Made by a program: the position numbers and the translations under genes. DNA of 63,886 nt, the filler included, from Craspedostauros australis (taxonomy: Eukaryota), in assembly GCA_030167865.1 (NCBI GenBank). It is 10 parts of 10 records of this genome, joined end to end, with 100 filler letters (N's around TTAATTAATTAA, not from the genome) between each part and the next. Parts side by side here need not be neighbours in the genome. Positions count along the whole stretch, not along the records: positions 58,433 to 62,536 come from JALAGF010001128.1; positions 62,637 to 63,886 come from JALAGF010001141.1; 8 more parts are not named here. The stretch is one strand, 5' to 3'. Numbering within the stretch: position 1 is the stretch's first letter; every line of letters begins with the position of its first letter. The notes under the pieces were generated by a model that saw nothing but the letters and a program-made list of their open reading frames with translations, was not told where the DNA came from and made no database searches. This document shows, one piece after another, positions 61,855-63,886 of this stretch.

Positions 61855-62636
61855 TTACCGCATACATAGTCACACATACTACCATGCTCTTGCTTGTACG
61901 CCGCCAGCATTTTCCTCTTTTTTGTTGTCAAAGCCAGGCACTCAATGACGTACGCTCTAGCTTCGCTTGTCTCTTCTACACAATCTGAGTCACTAATCGA
62001 GTCAAGAATACTGCTGTGTTGCCAAATGTCTCATTGTTGTTGTTGTTGTTGTCATTAGAGCCTAAACGGAATGGCTGTGGTCTTTGTTGGCTGTGTGAGC
62101 TGTATGGCAGAGGCTTGATTGCAAGCTGTCTGAACAAGTATCTTCTGTTCCACAAGTACTATGCTCCTCAGATCCAACTGACTGCAACTCGTCTCGATTC
62201 CCTCATTGGCTATGACAACCACATTGTTGTCATGGTCATAGCGTGGATATCCGACCCACTTCAAATCAAGTAAGGTAATTCGATGGTGACTTCCAACCAC
62301 AGCCGCTGTTGTATTCTCAACTCCAATAAAGTGATGAGCTGCTATGTTCTATGCTACAATGCAACAACACCAAGAGAGATGAACAAGAGCAAGGAGCAAT
62401 GTCTGCCCTCAACACTGAACCATGTGGATCAGTGCAGAGCCGCATTAACTGTGTGGCATCATTTCTTCATCCTACCAAGACTACTAACTAATTCATAACA
62501 TACAAACTGAGTTTAGCACAAATCACTACTCTACTCNNNNNNNNNNNNNNNNNNNNNNNNNNNNNNNNNNNNNNNNNNNNTTAATTAATTAANNNNNNNN
62601 NNNNNNNNNNNNNNNNNNNNNNNNNNNNNNNNNNNN

Positions 62637-63886
62637 TGCTGTCTCCGTCCACGTTGCACCCCTGAGGTACTTGCATGAAGATGTCGCATTCCACATCCGC
62701 TTGCGGGAACGCCAGAACGAAGTCGATTTGGCGAGTGTGCCANNNNNNNNNNNNNNNNNNNNNNNNNNNNNNNNNNNNNNNNNNNNNNNNNNNNNNNNNN
62801 NNNNNNNNNNNNNNNNNNNNGACACCATATTGTTGCTCTCCTCCATGCACGCATAGCCGTGCTTTCCACTTGTAGATTTCGCCGGTTGCGAGTCTGCGTT
62901 TGCGCTTGAATGACCAGACGGCTTTCAGGATCTTGTGCCCTTTTGGCACTTGATTGCGTTGCACGACCTCCCAATGCTGTCTGGACTGGTGGTCTTCGAT
63001 CTCCTTGTGCATTGCCTCGATGAATTTGTCACGGTCGTTCTGCTTCTGCATTTGCCCCCAGTACATGGTGTCGTCGTCTGCGAGTGTTGCCGCGAATGAC
63101 ATGGGGTGCAGGTCGCCGGAGTTCATGTTGAGGATGTCGGATGCATGGAAGGATCGAGCTGTGTGCGTGTGGTATGATTGGAGTTGGAGTGTAAGCTGGT
63201 TGGTCTCTGCACGTTCTGTTGCGGATGGAGCGGATCGTGATGCGTTCTGTGTGGCGATGGCGTGTGTAGGTGTAGCTCCCTCTGAAGGTGAGCTTGCTGG
63301 TTGTCTCGGAAGACTTTGCCTTGGAAGGCTGTGCCCCGGAAGGCTGGACCTCGGAAGGCTGTGCCTCGGAAGGCTGTGCCCCGGAAGGCTGGACCTCGGA
63401 AGGCTTTGCAACTTGTGCTGCATGTCAAGCTGGAATGGCTTGGCGTCAGGTGCAGCGTGTGTGATCCCCGGAGGACGTGTGCTTGCGGAAAGCTGGTGCT
63501 GAACAGCATGTGTGATGCGTTCGGAGCGCATCTGCTGTGAGGGCTTGGCTGGTTCGTCGATGTGCGTGAGACGCTGCCACTGTGATGCGCCAGGACGCAT
63601 TAGCGGGTTGGTCTTGACTGTTTGGAACCTGTCGTCGAAGTTCAGATGGAACTGTGGCGATATGTACCCTGTGTCGATCTTGAGAACGATAGGTACGCTG
63701 CTCGCATGTTCAGCTGACATGCCAAGGAAGATGGCAATGTTGGCGCGGCTGCTCCACTTGGGAACCTGAGATCCCTGTTGGAGTGCGGCCTTGAGGATGT
63801 AGACAGGGCATCCAAATGTGTGAAAGTGTTGCATTGAGGGTCGGACCTCGATCTGCGCGAATCGCTGGAGTGGCGATATACCTCCC
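62637..63886 (-). mobile_element. Ty1/copia (CoDi-type) pol fragment: integrase C-terminus and reverse transcriptase N-terminus
   Basis: HTFGCPVYIL...ISPQFHLNFDDRF, then AVWSFKRKR...YKWKARLCVHGG and TRQIDFVLAFPQA...IFMQVPQG. Confidence 0.95.

Overview
Eukaryotic nuclear DNA that looks like a diatom (GT-AG introns, ASAFAP-like plastid presequences, CoDi-type Ty1/copia elements). The window is not contiguous: it is ten contigs joined by an artificial 100-nt linker (N44-TTAATTAATTAA-N44), so adjacency across linkers means nothing. Contig 1 (1-19811) has a copia RNase H end, Sec61-alpha, a PRMT10-like methyltransferase, E2F, a twin-CX9C protein, a ZnT9/MTP7-like transporter and a partial TPI. Contig 2 (19912-42404) has a decayed copia next to a truncated DUF1499-like lumen gene, a bZIP, an unknown 3-exon gene, a plastid protein, a SET protein, a sulfotransferase and a kinase with three CaMK-type domains. 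The short contigs hold a TM+EF-hand gene end, three identical tRNA-Phe genes, a lesioned SPO11-3/TOP6A, two copia pol fragments, a mariner-like transposase, a palindromic repeat array and a secreted Cys-rich protein. The top candidate for an undescribed system is the bZIP at 23970-25814. It appears to carry a 555-nt non-spliceosomal, IRE1-type (HAC1/XBP1/bZIP60-like) intron, with 7-nt-loop hairpins at both junctions, an exon-exon zipper and a nested-helix intron. Removing it would add an in-frame acidic tail. All calls are by eye; no searches or folding programs were run.
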